Assembly (NCBI RefSeq): GCF_022045235.1
Contig: NW_027266343.1
Span: 8,804,001 to 8,868,000 of the forward strand
Source of the DNA: Haliotis cracherodii
Lineage: Eukaryota
Length of the DNA: 64,000 nucleotides
Direction: 5' to 3'
The position numbers and the translations under genes are program-made. How positions within the stretch are numbered: position 1 is the stretch's first letter; every line of letters starts with the position of its first letter. This document shows positions 1 to 12,329 of the stretch, one piece after another. The notes beneath the pieces are model-generated. The model was not told the origin of the DNA, ran no database searches, and worked only from the letters and a program-made list of their open reading frames with translations.

Positions 1-144
1 TCCACTCTCTCTCTCACACACACACACACACACGCACGCATGAACGCACGCGTTGCGGCTGCACCATAGAAAACACTCCTCGGGCGTATAGTTTCACGCT
101 CTCCAGCTTTGCAGCAATGGCACATACAAAAGGCCCCCACAAAC

Positions 145-372
145 TTGGAGCACGGTTGGCCCAGCCATCTGAGGCGCCGCAATTACATGTGCAGAGTTAA
201 GTCCTTTAGGAATGACAGGAACCTATGATCGTGGGTTGAGATCGAATCCCGGTTCACCCTGATTATATTTATAGTTTCGTCAGAACCATACCCGTCTTCG
301 TGGAATTCACGAAAGTTTACACTTTTAACACCTGCATCACTTTGCTCAGCGACGTTAAACAAAAATCACTCG
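145..372 (+). mobile_element. Degenerate SINE family 1 copy
   Basis: Similar to 1720-2000 (GCACGGTTGGCCCAG, TCGAATCCCGGTTC, CCATACCCGT, CTGCATCACTT). Confidence 0.7.
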
Positions 373-1113
373 TTAAATCCTTTCACAAACTGTATTTATG
401 TAACAAGCAAACTCCACTGTGTGTATGCAATAAGAAATAAAACAATAAGACTTTTTATAAACTACCATACATTTATTACCATCTTCATACTGCGAATGAA
501 AAGAAGACATGGCTGCTTCATAAACCTTTTCATCGTGAGATCGGGTTTGTGTTCGGACGGCATTGCTGGTTGCCTGCAATGCATAATCAATGAAATAATG
601 AGCAGAAAATAGATGATTTCCTATTCCTTCTAACAAATATTGAAATATGTTGTATAAATAAAATTGAGCTATTTGCCAACGAATTTAAATATAAACCAAA
701 ACTGCCGACAGAATGTATGGACATTTTAAAGATTAAGCAAATTACATGTCCTGTTTTACTTTTGGAAACCCATCCCCTCGCTATGACACTTGACAATCAG
801 TTTTAAAAATGTAACATGATGTTTTCATGGGTTCATCCAAATCCAATAAATTCTTTAAACCCATTGTTCCCATTGGTCATGTACAAATGGAGTTTGCAGA
901 ATTAGAACAGGATGTGTTTTATGCTGCGTAATACAAGTTTATAAAGTATTAAACTATCTTTACCAAATGTACAGAAAGTCAAATAAGGCTTTGTCCAAAC
1001 TGGTCAAATGTGTTTTCGGAAGTAACCAACTGAACACTACACCTGATTGACAATACTTTGGAGCTTATATTTAGAAGACTAATTAACGTACCATGTGGGG
1101 CGTGTGAGACAAT

Positions 1114-1521
1114 TCAATATCCGTGTCCACCAAAATGGCTACCATGATGGTGTACCGAGATGCTGCTGCCGCCATATACATGACCATGACCGCCATATCC
1201 ATGTCCAAATCCACCATGCATTCCATTGCCTGCGTACACATGTGGAACATGTCTGGTGATGGTGTCGATATGGTTGCCATGGGGGACGTGGTGTACCTCA
1301 ACGTCGACGTGGTTAGCACCAAAACCAGGACTAATGCGAGCGTGACCAGATCCATGACCATAGCCATAGCCATGACCAAAGCCATGACCAAAGCCTCGAC
1401 CAACGCCATGACCAAAGCCATGACCAAAGCGAGGACCAAATCCATGGCCATAGCCGCCTCCATAAAACTGGCATGTCGCCCCGACAACCATGACTGCTAG
1501 AATAACGGCAATAGTCCTCAT
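1114..1521 (-). CDS. Secreted Gly/His-rich low-complexity protein, 135 aa (single coding exon; non-coding exon 1 at ~2275-2300)
   Basis: Signal peptide MRTIAVILAVMVVGATC|Q, then GHGF/GHGY repeats; 23 His in the 118-aa mature chain. Acceptor TTGATTTCAG ends at 1531, 9 nt before the ATG. Donor CAG|GTAAGT at 2275/2274. TATATA at ~2328-2334. Confidence 0.9.
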   Translation of the reverse strand: MRTIAVILAVMVVGATCQFYGGGYGHGFGPRFGHGFGHGVGRGFGHGFGHGYGYGHGSGHARISPGFGANHVDVEVHHVPHGNHIDTITRHVPHVYAGNGMHGGFGHGYGGHGHVYGGSSISVHHHGSHFGGHGY

Positions 1522-1719
1522 CTTATGTCTCTGAAATCAAAGAGATTTGGAATAATTTAATACGTTTAAAACAAACATGAAAAGGTCTTCAAATGTGTTT
1601 GTCCTTATACCTGGACCCTAAAACTATAAGGGTCAGGAAGAACGGGTTTAGGGACGGATTTGCGTTGATCAGGGAAGAAACCTGAATCATGTCCAGTAAT
1701 GGTGGTCTAACATATTGTA

Positions 1720-2000
1720 GGGGGTAACGGGTGGCCCAGTTGCCTTAGGCACCGCGATTTCGCTGTGCAGAGTTGCGTCCCTGGGCATGCCAGAAACCTA
1801 TGATTGTGGGTTCGAATCCCGGTTCGCCCCGATTATGTTTCTATGTTTGTCAGCGCCATACCCGTGCTCGTGGGTTTCACCGAAGTGGTATACGTCTGAG
1901 ATCTGCATCACTTCGGGCTTTCCTCCCACATTAAGTTGACACGCCGTGATATAACTGGAATACTGTTAAAAGTGTCGTTAAACCCAACTCACTCACTCAC
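1720..2000 (+). mobile_element. tRNA-headed SINE (family 1) in intron 1 of the Gly/His-rich gene
   Basis: A-box-like GGTGGCCCAGT, B-box GGTTCGAATCCC, (ACTC)n tail, TSD TAA[C/T]ATATTGT at 1708-1718 and 2001-2011. Confidence 0.85.
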
Positions 2001-2274
2001 TAATATATTGTCGATTTGAGTTCTACGTTTGACAGAATTTGGTCTGTATTGTATCACAGCAGCCTTCATGGATTTACTTTATAAGTTGTGCCCATGGGAT
2101 TTTGTCAAAGACCTGCATCAGTTCGGGCCTTTTCCCAACATACCAGCTGACACACCGTCATATAGCTGAATACTGTTATCAGCGACTTTCACTCACTCAA
2201 GAAAGTGGCAATCGTTTATGACCCGCATCGCTTATATCGTAACTGAATTACCATACTTTCAGATTGTAACTTAC

Positions 2275-2334
2275 CTGTTTACAAAGTCAAGCCTTGGAAT
2301 GCCTCCACTGCATGTCTTAGGGAAACCTATATAT
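2275..2334 (-). promoter_or_regulatory. TATA box and short non-coding first exon of the Gly/His-rich gene
   Basis: ATATATAG at 2327-2334 (minus), then CAG|GTAAGT about 55 nt downstream; predicted intron 2274-1531. TSS is estimated. Confidence 0.6.
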
Positions 2335-2955
2335 CCATCAGTTTAAGTGAGCAGGCGTATTGCACAAGTAACTAAGACGTCATGGTCCATGGTGACATTA
2401 CTCCCTGAGGTCAAATACAAGCTTAAGGCAGTGGACAATACTGACCATGATGACAAATAACCTTGGGCTAGCTAGTACAATGATAAATTGCTAATTATTA
2501 CGTTTGCCACTGCTACCTAGTGTCATCTGTCAATAAGGTAGAACATTTTGCAACTATGTATTTGCTTCCGTGAGACAGAAAATTGTAACACACACATAGA
2601 CACACACACACACACGTGCGCGTCGCTATATAAGTGCAATAATCTTGGACGCTACGTTAATCCCCATTTCATTTCTCCTCACCTTGCGTTTTGGCGTCCA
2701 AAGCAATGCTATTCGGCAGATAATCGAGACAGAATATTCTTTGGCGTTGGCGTTTTGTTATATAGAGATAGATGTTTTGCTACTGATAACTGTGGTTCAT
2801 GACTATTTACTCATTTCTCTTAATTAGATCTGAATTGACCATACATAGAAGTAATTTTACAATAAAACAGAGGAATATCTTTTTTTAGGTGCCAGTTTAC
2901 AGCATAGTACATTTGGATGTTCTAACCATAAATTCTTTACTGAACGAGTGAACTA

Positions 2956-3130
2956 CAGTTAACTACGGTTGTAACGAACTCAAATTGACTACTAATTTTA
3001 GTTCGTTATAATAGTAGTTCGTTATAAGCAAATATACAGCATAACTACAGCAAATAGTCGGGACCAAAAAGTAAGTTCGTTATATCCGTCAGTTCGTTAT
3101 AAGCGTGTTCGTTTTAACCGTAGTCTACTG
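2956..3130. mobile_element. pogo/Tc1-mariner-type MITE
   Basis: Imperfect 24-bp TIRs CAGTTAACTACGGTTGTAACGAAC and GTTCGTTTTAACCGTAGTCTACTG; TA on the left side. Confidence 0.7.
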
Positions 3131-3855
3131 TTTTCGCAACGAAGTTCTCTATGTCCAGTTTAACTGATCGAATCCGCGTTTGTATGGTTTGTCCTTCCTA
3201 TTGAAGTGTAAGAAATAACATTGTCCCGTATTGTATTCCCATGCTAATAGTTATTGCCACTCGCTTGATATCTGCGTCTTATGATAAGGGTGACAATAAT
3301 TATTCAATATAACTACAGATAGTTGTTGTCTAGCAAACCTTATATAATCAACCATTTAGTCAAATATATTTTCTTCTCAATGAAGAGACGTCGCTTTTAT
3401 ATTGTGTATTGTGTACGTTGTTTGATGCAATATGTTTATGTGACCCTTTTCTAGAAATCAACACAATTTCACAGTATTTCTTTATTGACCCAAGGTTATT
3501 CGGATATCACATTCGTAGCTGATTTAAGTTCGGGTTGCAATACAAATATATTTGATTGTATTAGATTTGATGTGGCTTCAAGCAGTCTTCAGTCGTCCAA
3601 TTGGTGTCGTGGTACGGAAGTAACCCGTTTGCTGATCATTAATTACCTTTGATGGCAGAAGATGATTGGCTTCCAGATTTTTTTTTCCTTTTATGTGCCA
3701 TGCGAATCATATGGGAAATAAGAAAGGTTTCTCTTAATGAAATTTGAAATATCAAGAAAACTGTACCTCGTAACTTTTGGATCCTAGACATGAATGTATG
3801 GCCGGTGATTTCTACTGCTTACAGTGAGAAAAGCTCATGTGTTTGTACACTAGTG

Positions 3856-4820
3856 AATGTGCATATGCATGTGTGTGCGTGTGCGTATGCATATGTAGAT
3901 GCGTATGTGTATGCGTATGCGTGTGCGTATGTGTATTATGCGTATGTGCATGTGCACGTGTATGTGTATGNNNNNNNNNNNNNNNNNNNNNNNNNNNNNN
4001 NNNNNNNNNNNNNNNNNNNNNNNNNNNNNNNNNNNNNNNNNNNNNNNNNNNNNNNNNNNNNNNNNNNNNNNNNNNNNNNNNNNNNNNNNNNNNNNNNNNN
4101 NNNNNNNNNNNNNNNNNNNNNNNNNNNNNNNNNNNNNNNNNNNNNNNNNNNNNNNNNNNNNNNNNNNNNNNNNNNNNNNNNNNNNNNNNNNNNNNNNNNN
4201 NNNNNNNNNNNNNNNNNNNNNNNNNNNNNNNNNNNNNNNNNNNNNNNNNNNNNNNNNNNNNNNNNNNNNNNNNNNNNNNNNNNNNNNNNNNNNNNNNNNN
4301 NNNNNNNNNNNNNNNNNNNNNNNNNNNNNNNNNNNNNNNNNNNNNNNNNNNNNNNNNNNNNNNNNNNNNNNNNNNNNNNNNNNNNNNNNNNNNNNNNNNN
4401 NNNNNNNNNNGCATGTGCATGTGTATGCGTATGCGTATGCGTATGCGTATGCGTATACGTATACGTATGTGTATGTATATGTGTATGCATATGTCTATGT
4501 GCATGTGCATGTGTATGCGTATGCGTATGCGTATGTGTTTGTGTATATGTGTTTATGTGTATGTGTATGTGTTTTGTGTTTTGTGTATGCATATGTGTAT
4601 GTTTATCTTTATGTTGTTCATGTGCATTGATATGTGTAAAAGTATGCGTACGCAGGTACGTCTGCGTATACGTATTGGATATCCATGCGCATCAGTTTAG
4701 GTATTTGCATTTGTTAGCACATGTGTGTATGTGTATATACCTGTATGCATATGCTTATGCGTATGCGCCTGTGTATGCGTTTGTGCATGTGTGTATGAGT
4801 GCGAGTATATGTATGTATAA
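3856..4820. repeat. Compound (TG)n/(TATGCG)n microsatellite spanning a 440-N assembly gap (3971-4410)
   Basis: Directly visible. Confidence 0.95.
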
Positions 4821-7282
4821 TCATTAATCAACAGCTCACTTAAGCACTAATAAATTGTGTTCACATTGTTGGAATTAATGCTCTCTTAGCAGAGTAGACC
4901 ACATCAGTGCAGGGTGTGTAAAACAGCGCATATAGTACAACTTCTGCAGACATCAGTACACATTACCCTGGTGTATGCACCTCGTTTACAGAAGGACGTC
5001 ATTGTCACAATCCGTCATAGTGTCACCCAGAGGACGTCTATCAACTGCTACAATACAATATTGTTAATTACGGGTTGCCTCTTACATAACAATAGTCTAT
5101 TGTTTTGCCTTCGGTTGTACTTAATGTAGCTTTGAACAAATTGGGTCTTTCCACCTTGTCGCTTATGTAACGTTACAGATTGGTCAGCGATATGCCCGCG
5201 GATGTAGCTGTAATCCCTCAAGTTCACTAACTTTTAACTGCTGATACATATACATGATACAAACTACTCAAGCATATGGATCTGAAACAAATATATACAA
5301 TACAGCCCCTGCAAGTCTAAAATATTTGGCAAGTCCAGATTACTGCGGTATCTGAAACTGAAAATGAAGAAAGTCTCTTGGCTCCTGTTTATTATATCTA
5401 TAATTTATAACTATAATTTAACAACTGTTTTTGTTTGAAAAGTATGTTTATTTCAGAGACTAGATGTTAGTCGGTGCAAACATGAAACGGTCATTAAGCA
5501 ATGTGTTCGTTGTATTAAAGATGCTGCTATCCTCCAGCAACAAGGTACATGTGACTTCACACAAAAGGTGCGTGATTTATTTAAGGACTTAATGGATGCT
5601 AGGATGGCTGTCACAGCTCCGATACCTGCGCTTAATGGGGCTACAGCAGAAAGGGAATAATTAAGATAAAATGGAAAAGTCATGATGTCGGTATTGAAAA
5701 TTAGATGGACCCAAAGTCTTACGCTTTGTAGTTTCATATAATATCACCATAATATTGGTAAACTTCAACGCACGAGAATAATGTAACTCGAATGTTTCAT
5801 GGACCGTTTATAGTATTCCACTAGGTGTATAAGGAAAAATAGTGGTGAAAGGTAAGTAAATGGATCAGTGATGACACAAGGTGTTCATGAAAAGTGTACG
5901 CATGTCCTGCTCTACTGGTAGCACGCGATACTTAACTACCGCAATTTAAATTAGCATATCTTGCAGTAGACTGGTCGATATGTCGAAAATTAAGATTTAT
6001 AGCTCACCTGGTACGAAGTTCCGCGGTGAGATTATGTCAGCTCCACCAGAAGATCGAATGGTCGGTCCCTAACTGACATGAAATACTCTACAAATCGCAT
6101 GCCTAATGTCCCTTTTTCGCTGTTTTCTATCAACAATGGTCTTACCACAGGAAATGCTTCATATCCGAAAAATATATGCTTTCTATTGTAATAAAAAAGT
6201 AACTTTTCATGGCTATTTTTGAGTCGACACGGTCTGTTTCTTTACGCATTTGAATCGGAATTTATGCTGGGATTGGCAAAATCAAAACAAGGCAATTTGG
6301 CCCAAAAGGGTATAATTTAAGCTTCAGGTACATCGATGATCAGTTGTCGTTTAATAATGGTCAAAGAACCCATTCCGTTCCACTGATTTACCTACCTTAA
6401 CTAGAAATAAGAGAGACCAGACAAAAACTCTTTACACGACTCTATGACAAGTGATATGAGTTCAGGTTTCCTACAGTCAACTTTCCCTTTCTGTCGAACA
6501 AGATTTCATCGGCTCCAGTCTTCGTTGTCTATATTTCACAACTTGTAAGGTACAATCGAACATGCGCTTTCTATCAACATGTCAAAGTGCGTCATGCGAC
6601 TCATGCTCAATCGTTGTTTGATCAAGGTTACAACATTTAAGGTCTCTGTAAAGCTTTCAAAATGTTTTAGGGTATACATGTTGAGGACATCAGGGACATA
6701 ACTGATATCCGATGCTATTCCCTACTTTGACTTGTGCCATATGGAGCAGTGTTTTGTCAGGTGAACATTTGACTTGCCTTTGCTTGTATTTGAGACGAGC
6801 GCCGCCGATGCGTACTCTCATCTTTCCCGAACACACGGTATCATCACTATTTGAAAGTGCCTCATAAACACATATGATATAGTCCGAATTATACAAAAGG
6901 TATTTTCTTCAGGCACCAAACAAACACTTTTTATATGAAAATAAATGTGGTGGAAAGAGGGAAAAATAGCAACTAGATCAAAAGAAAGTTCATTACGTTA
7001 AGAAAGACGTCGCAACGAAAGAGAAAAACACGCATCCAGGGAATATGGAAACGGAAATAGCACTATTTTTTTAATACCATTGTGTTTTCACTTTAATGCC
7101 AAACACGCATCAGTCAGTTTGTCCCAGTTAGCATTTGGGGTCAGGGTAGATAATTAATAACTCATGATTGCTAGAGAGCCGTCTAAATGCATGGAGACTG
7201 GGTGGTCAGTCTCTGTGTCTTGACTGAGTGTGTGCCAGTGTGCTGAGGGTGGCATGGCGCGTTGCTTTTGCTTTCAAATATA

Positions 7283-7611
7283 TACTCACCGCCAAAAGAG
7301 ACGCGAACCGTCGAAACTAATAGAGAAGTATGTACGTTTAGCAGAGATGTTTCCAATGTGTACAACTTAATGACAAAACTATCAATCAGTCAAGTGTACC
7401 ACAGCGTTTATTTATTCTTATCACGATATGCTGCATGTGATTTCAAATGGTGCATCTCGAGTCATGGTTCTGTGACGTCACATGTGATGCTTTCATGAGC
7501 ATCGGTTCAGACAACGTACCTGTATGTTCGTTTGAGTATCGATCCAATCTAATATCTTTTGAATATGAGTCTTAACATATTAAACAACAGCGTTTCTTTT
7601 GGTGATGAGTA
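7283..7611. mobile_element. Tc1-like MITE
   Basis: TIRs TACTCACCGCCAAAAGAGACGC and GCGTTTCTTTTGGTGATGAGTA (19/22 match), flanked by TA. Confidence 0.75.
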
Positions 7612-8224
7612 TATATAAAACGTCACCCCAGAGAATAATCAGTCTCGATCATCTAAGGAAACAGCTTCGACTGGGCGAAGAGGGCAAAATAACGGTTACA
7701 AAAATATGAATCGTTTTGCCTGTTCCAGACTCGAATATTTACGGAAATCTGGAATATTGCATCTGCATCGGTAAACAACGTTCACTCACTCACCAGTCAT
7801 CTTTGGAGCACATGCACTGTACAAATGGATCCCATTATGTTACATGACCTCCGGGGTAGAATAGGTCTTCAGCAACCCATGCTTGCCGTCAAGGGCGACT
7901 AACGGGATCGGGTGGTCAGGCTGGCTGACCTCGTTGATATCTTCGAATCCAAAATGCGTGGATCGATGCTCATGATCTCAAACACTGGATTGTCTTGCTT
8001 AATTCGATGCTAACTACATTCGCTTATATTTATTGCTAAAGGTAAATGAGATTTTATGTTGCATCATAACCTTCTTAATGCTAGTATATATGTTGATTAC
8101 TTGTAACCTCGTTGATCCATAGCTAAAGCATAGCATCATCAATAGACCATCGAGATACTGTACTCACATGCACATATGTCAATGGAAAATATTATTTTAA
8201 CGTAAAGTGAAGTACAAGTATACT

Positions 8225-8500
8225 CGACCCGTGAACATCCGTGTTAGAACAGGTCTTCAGCAAGCCACGCTTGCCGTAAAAAGTGACTATGCTTGTCGTA
8301 AGAGGCGACTAACAGGATCGGGTGGTCAGGCTCGCTGATTTGGTTGATGCATATCATCGTATCCCAATTGCGTGGATCGATGCTCATGATGTCAATCACT
8401 GGGTTGTCTGATCCAGACCCGATTATTTACAGACCGCCGTCATTTAGCTGGAATTTTGCCGAGTGCAGCGTTAAGCAACAAACACACATTCAAACAAACA
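8225..8500 (+). mobile_element. SINE family 2 (core GCTTGTCGTAAGAGGCGACTAA; also ~7845-8000, 13585-13860, 20265-20478, minus 23550-23815 and 24050-24185, partial ~12070-12205)
   Basis: Multiple dispersed copies with an (AAAC)n tail and a shared CTGGAATATTGCT...GTTAAAC 3' end. The core resembles Nin/Deu-type SINE domains (from memory, unverified). Confidence 0.7.
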
Positions 8501-9436
8501 TCACCTCTGAAAGTATGCCTTTCCAACGGAATGCATGAATAGTTTTATCAGCTTTGCAATGCGATTTGTGAAATGCAATGTTGATATACTCGGGTATGAA
8601 CAGTGTGGGTTCCAGGGGTTTTAACACGTCTGCCTCGCTCCGTGGCGACTCTGTCCGGGATAAGTATTTCATTCGTTTATTATTCAATCACCTAAATATT
8701 ACTTTCCCATGTCGATGGGCATTTTATGATTAAAAATAACCATGACTCATTCATTCCCCTGATGATGTTGTAAACATATACTCCGAAAAGTTGTGTTCCT
8801 CGTAATAAAGAAGTTGACATCCATAAATTCCCTTCCTTAAGAGTATTGTGTTAATTTATATCTTCTTTACTGACGAAAATGTTTTAAATCTTGAATGTAT
8901 AGAGCAAATAACTGATAACAACGCAAGAAGCTACTGTTAAAAACGGATTAGGCACTAGGTGAGGAGAGGTGAAATGGGGTTTATCGTATCTTTCAAGATT
9001 AGTGCACGATGTGCCGATTTTATAGTGCATTTAGTGGATATTTAGCAATATTCCAGCAATATCACGGCTGGGAATACAAGAAATGGCTTCACTCAGTGTA
9101 CCCATGTGGGAAAAAGAACCTGGTTTTGTATGTGACGAGTGCTATACCAATGGCTACCCCAACGCCCGCTTTTGTTTGTAAATCTACTCAGCATCTTGAT
9201 AACCACACTTAATAAACACGCATGTTGTACTGATAGTTTGGATAAAGAAGGAACACATGACTAAAGATCATAATAAATATATGTTTATTTTCAATATAGA
9301 ACAACAGCCATCAAAACATCACTCACGCCATTGCATCGTGTAGCATGACAACCCCAACTACAAGACGACTAACTGCAGTAGCATCTGTATTACATTTGCC
9401 AAGCGGATAGACCACAGTGGACTTAAGGCATGTCAC

Positions 9437-10024
9437 TTAGATTCCCATGAAAGCTGGGTCATAGGCAGCAGGTCCTGCCGGGGCAACGGCAGTGGCGGCA
9501 ATAGTTGTGGGGGCAGCAGCAGAGGAGGCAGCATACGCATCGAGTTCACCAATATAACCAGGACCTGGAATGAATGAAATGGACAGATATGACAATTGAC
9601 GAATTGCTTGATTTGTTCACATGCTTCTGTATGTGTGTCTAAGTTACTGCCTGTTTTCCTGTCACATTGCACTATTATACTTACCGTAACCCTGTGAATG
9701 AATGGCACCGGTGCCCTGTGATCCTGGATGGACTAATCCCTGGTTGAGCCCTGAGCCGAGACCAAGAGGGGAAACACCCAGGCCGAGAGAGGGGATTCCA
9801 AGTCCGAGTTGTGGGATTCCAAGTCCTATATGTGGGATTCCAAGGCCGATATGGGGGTTTCCAAGTCCGAGATGTGGAATTCCAAGGCCGATATGGGGGA
9901 ATCCAGGGCCAAATGCACCGAACGGGGGAACACCGATCCCTCCGAAAGGACGGATACCAATTCCTAAACCATGTGTTGTTGTCATGGCAACAAAGCAGAC
10001 AGCGGCAACAGCAAGAAGCTTCAT
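9437..10024 (-). CDS. Secreted Gly/Pro heptad-repeat protein A1, 155 aa; complement(join(9437..9564,9685..10024))
   Basis: Signal peptide MKLLAVAAVCFVAMTTTHG; GIPHxGL repeats; phase-1 120-nt intron G|GTAAGT...TTCCAG. Exon 3 reads GPGYIGELDAYAASSAAAPTTIAATAVAPAGPAAYDPAFMGI*. TATAAA 10750-10755, exon-1 donor 10683, acceptor 10034, AATAAA 9284-9289. Confidence 0.9.
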
Positions 10025-11458
10025 TTTGTTAATCTGTGAAAATAGAGAAACGAACTTATTCCATGTATTTGACTACTGTACATGGAAATATGAGGGTCAA
10101 ACACATTCAGTATGTTACCTTCGTTTCGTTTCGTTCCGTGTACATGGCCATGCATATCTATGATACCAGAAACAATATATATGTAAACACACTATTGATA
10201 CAAGTATTATTTCATATTTTCGGTGGGTCTAAGACTTTTGTCAGAGACAAAGTATTTATTCGGTTCCTGCTTAAACAATTCTATAAAGGGAGCAGAACAG
10301 CCGACCATTTGTTTTTGTCACAGCACATTTTATTCAGGACATCCTGCATATTCAGCTGATATTTATTTTATTTTTTATTTGTTGTAAAACCTGAGTCAAG
10401 ATTATTTTGTTTCCAATCTTTCCTGGAACAAATTATTTCTGCTGCCAAAACTACCAGGTCCTTCAGTAAAGATTGTTCTTTAGAGATTGGACAATGTGGT
10501 GCTATATATAAATACATATTAATTAAATAATTATACTTGAAAAAGTCTTTGTTGTCAAATGATTTGAGAGTTAAAATGTAGGCTAATTGATGCCTAAGAT
10601 ACGTAAGTTATAGTATATCATACATAGAACTTTGCGAAAAAGAATTCACATACACATAAAAAAACTGAGACAGAAACACTTACGTTTTGGTTGAGGTCTA
10701 CCGGGACTGACTGATTCAGAAAGTGAAGTGTCCACTGCACAGTCCTTCCTTTATATTATCATGAATGCGGGGGTACAAAGCGGGTCATAAATTGTGCATG
10801 TCAACAAAATGACCAGTTGACAACACGTTATACAACGATGACTGTGTCTACCCGACAGGTGATTAATGTATGCTGTATTAGCGTGATACAGTTATGTCAT
10901 TTGACGGTAACAACAAACAGTGAATTAGATCACACACTTGATGTTTCTGACGTTCTTGCACTTGTCATTTCAGTTGCAGTATGAAACCTCAGTTTATAGA
11001 TTTAACTTGAAGAGATGAAAAGAGCGTAACATTACGTAACCTGAAGTATAGTTTATCTATGAATAATAGTTATAAGTTAAATGAAAACCATTTGACCAAT
11101 GTATTTATGTTAAATTTTATCATGACATGTTAACTGTAATGCCATACATTTTACCTTATATCAAAGTGACAAAATCCAACATGTATTACGAATATGACTT
11201 GATTCATATCCGATGGTCCGAAGATGGCATTAACGATGCAATGGCAAGGTTGGTGTTTTAGCCATGTGATTCAAGCTTTCGATTTTCCGTATGGGTATAA
11301 GGTGTGAAGTCCATTCCGGGTCTTATTTGACTTTTTTTTTAACCAAACTCACTCAAACAAACCTCACTCACACTAAGAAGCATTTACATGTTAGTCCAAT
11401 CGATTCTATTGAGCATAGTTTTTTACGCTAAATGAACTGGCTTTAAAAGAAACATATA

Positions 11459-11629
11459 CAGTAAACTATGTTTATAATGAACACGCTTAAAACGAACTGA
11501 CGGATTTAATGAACATTTTTTAGTACTTCCGTTTGTTGTACCTATGCTGTATATATGCTCATACCGAACTATGGTTATTACGAACTAAAATTAGTGATCC
11601 CTTTGAGTTCGTTAAACCAGAGTTTACTT
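11459..11629. mobile_element. MITE of the same family as 2956-3130 (duplicate at 17837-18008)
   Basis: TA-CAGTAAACT...GAGTTTACT-TA with internal TAACGAAC repeats. Confidence 0.65.
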
Positions 11630-12329
11630 TATATATGTTTACATATATGTGTTTCAAATATACACATATACATTTTGAGTGGAAAGCGGATTATTATGTG
11701 TGTGAGTTGTAAATGTTTAAATGTTACTCGATAAGAGTATATTGTTTGTATTTTTCTCCACAAGACACATTAGTTGTGTTACTGGTCTGAATACAAATGT
11801 GTTAAATGTCACACGTTCAGCTGCACAGATCATACAGGCTGTGTCGTCGCACTGTAAACTATTGTGCTTCAAGCCTTTTGACTTCGATAATAAAACATCG
11901 ATACCAATATAACGAGTCTTAATTTTTTCATGTGTATTTTGATCAACCTTGTAACATCAGGACGGTGGTTTGGTGAAGAGGTTCAAGCGGTTCTCTTGTG
12001 GGTGCAATGTTTGAAGCATTCGTAGAATCCAGAACATATTGCGGTTGACATGTTTTACCCATGGTGTCATCTCATCCCGAAGGTGTGGATCGTTGCTCAT
12101 GATATTAGTCACTAGATTGTTTGGTCCAGACTTCATTATTCACATGCTATCTCATATACCTGGACTATTGCTGGGAGTGACGTTAAACGACAAACAAATA
12201 ACGCTCACAAAAAATACATCCCCGTGCAGACCTTGATTTAGCATATCGTGTAATCATGATAATTGTCATTCATAATATTATTATTTTAAACATGTTAACC
12301 ATACTTGTGAATATAGATTTGAAAGGCAT

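Noticed and set aside
1720-1830. tRNA-like sequence with GGTTCGAATCCC
   Set aside because: It is the head of a SINE with body, tail and TSD; no full cloverleaf is evident.
3790-4827. Long CV/MR/HT-repeat ORFs
   Set aside because: Translations of a microsatellite and an N gap.
9433-9708. 91-aa Leu/Pro-rich ORF (also 15818-16093, 22286-22561)
   Set aside because: It is intron 2 plus an off-frame reading of exon 3. The spliced phase-1 frame is the one homologous to the B tails.
9702-10163. Antisense and alternate-frame repeat ORFs over family exon 2 and over 1083-1500
   Set aside because: Shadows of repetitive Gly/Pro/His codons, with no promoter, signal peptide or splice support.
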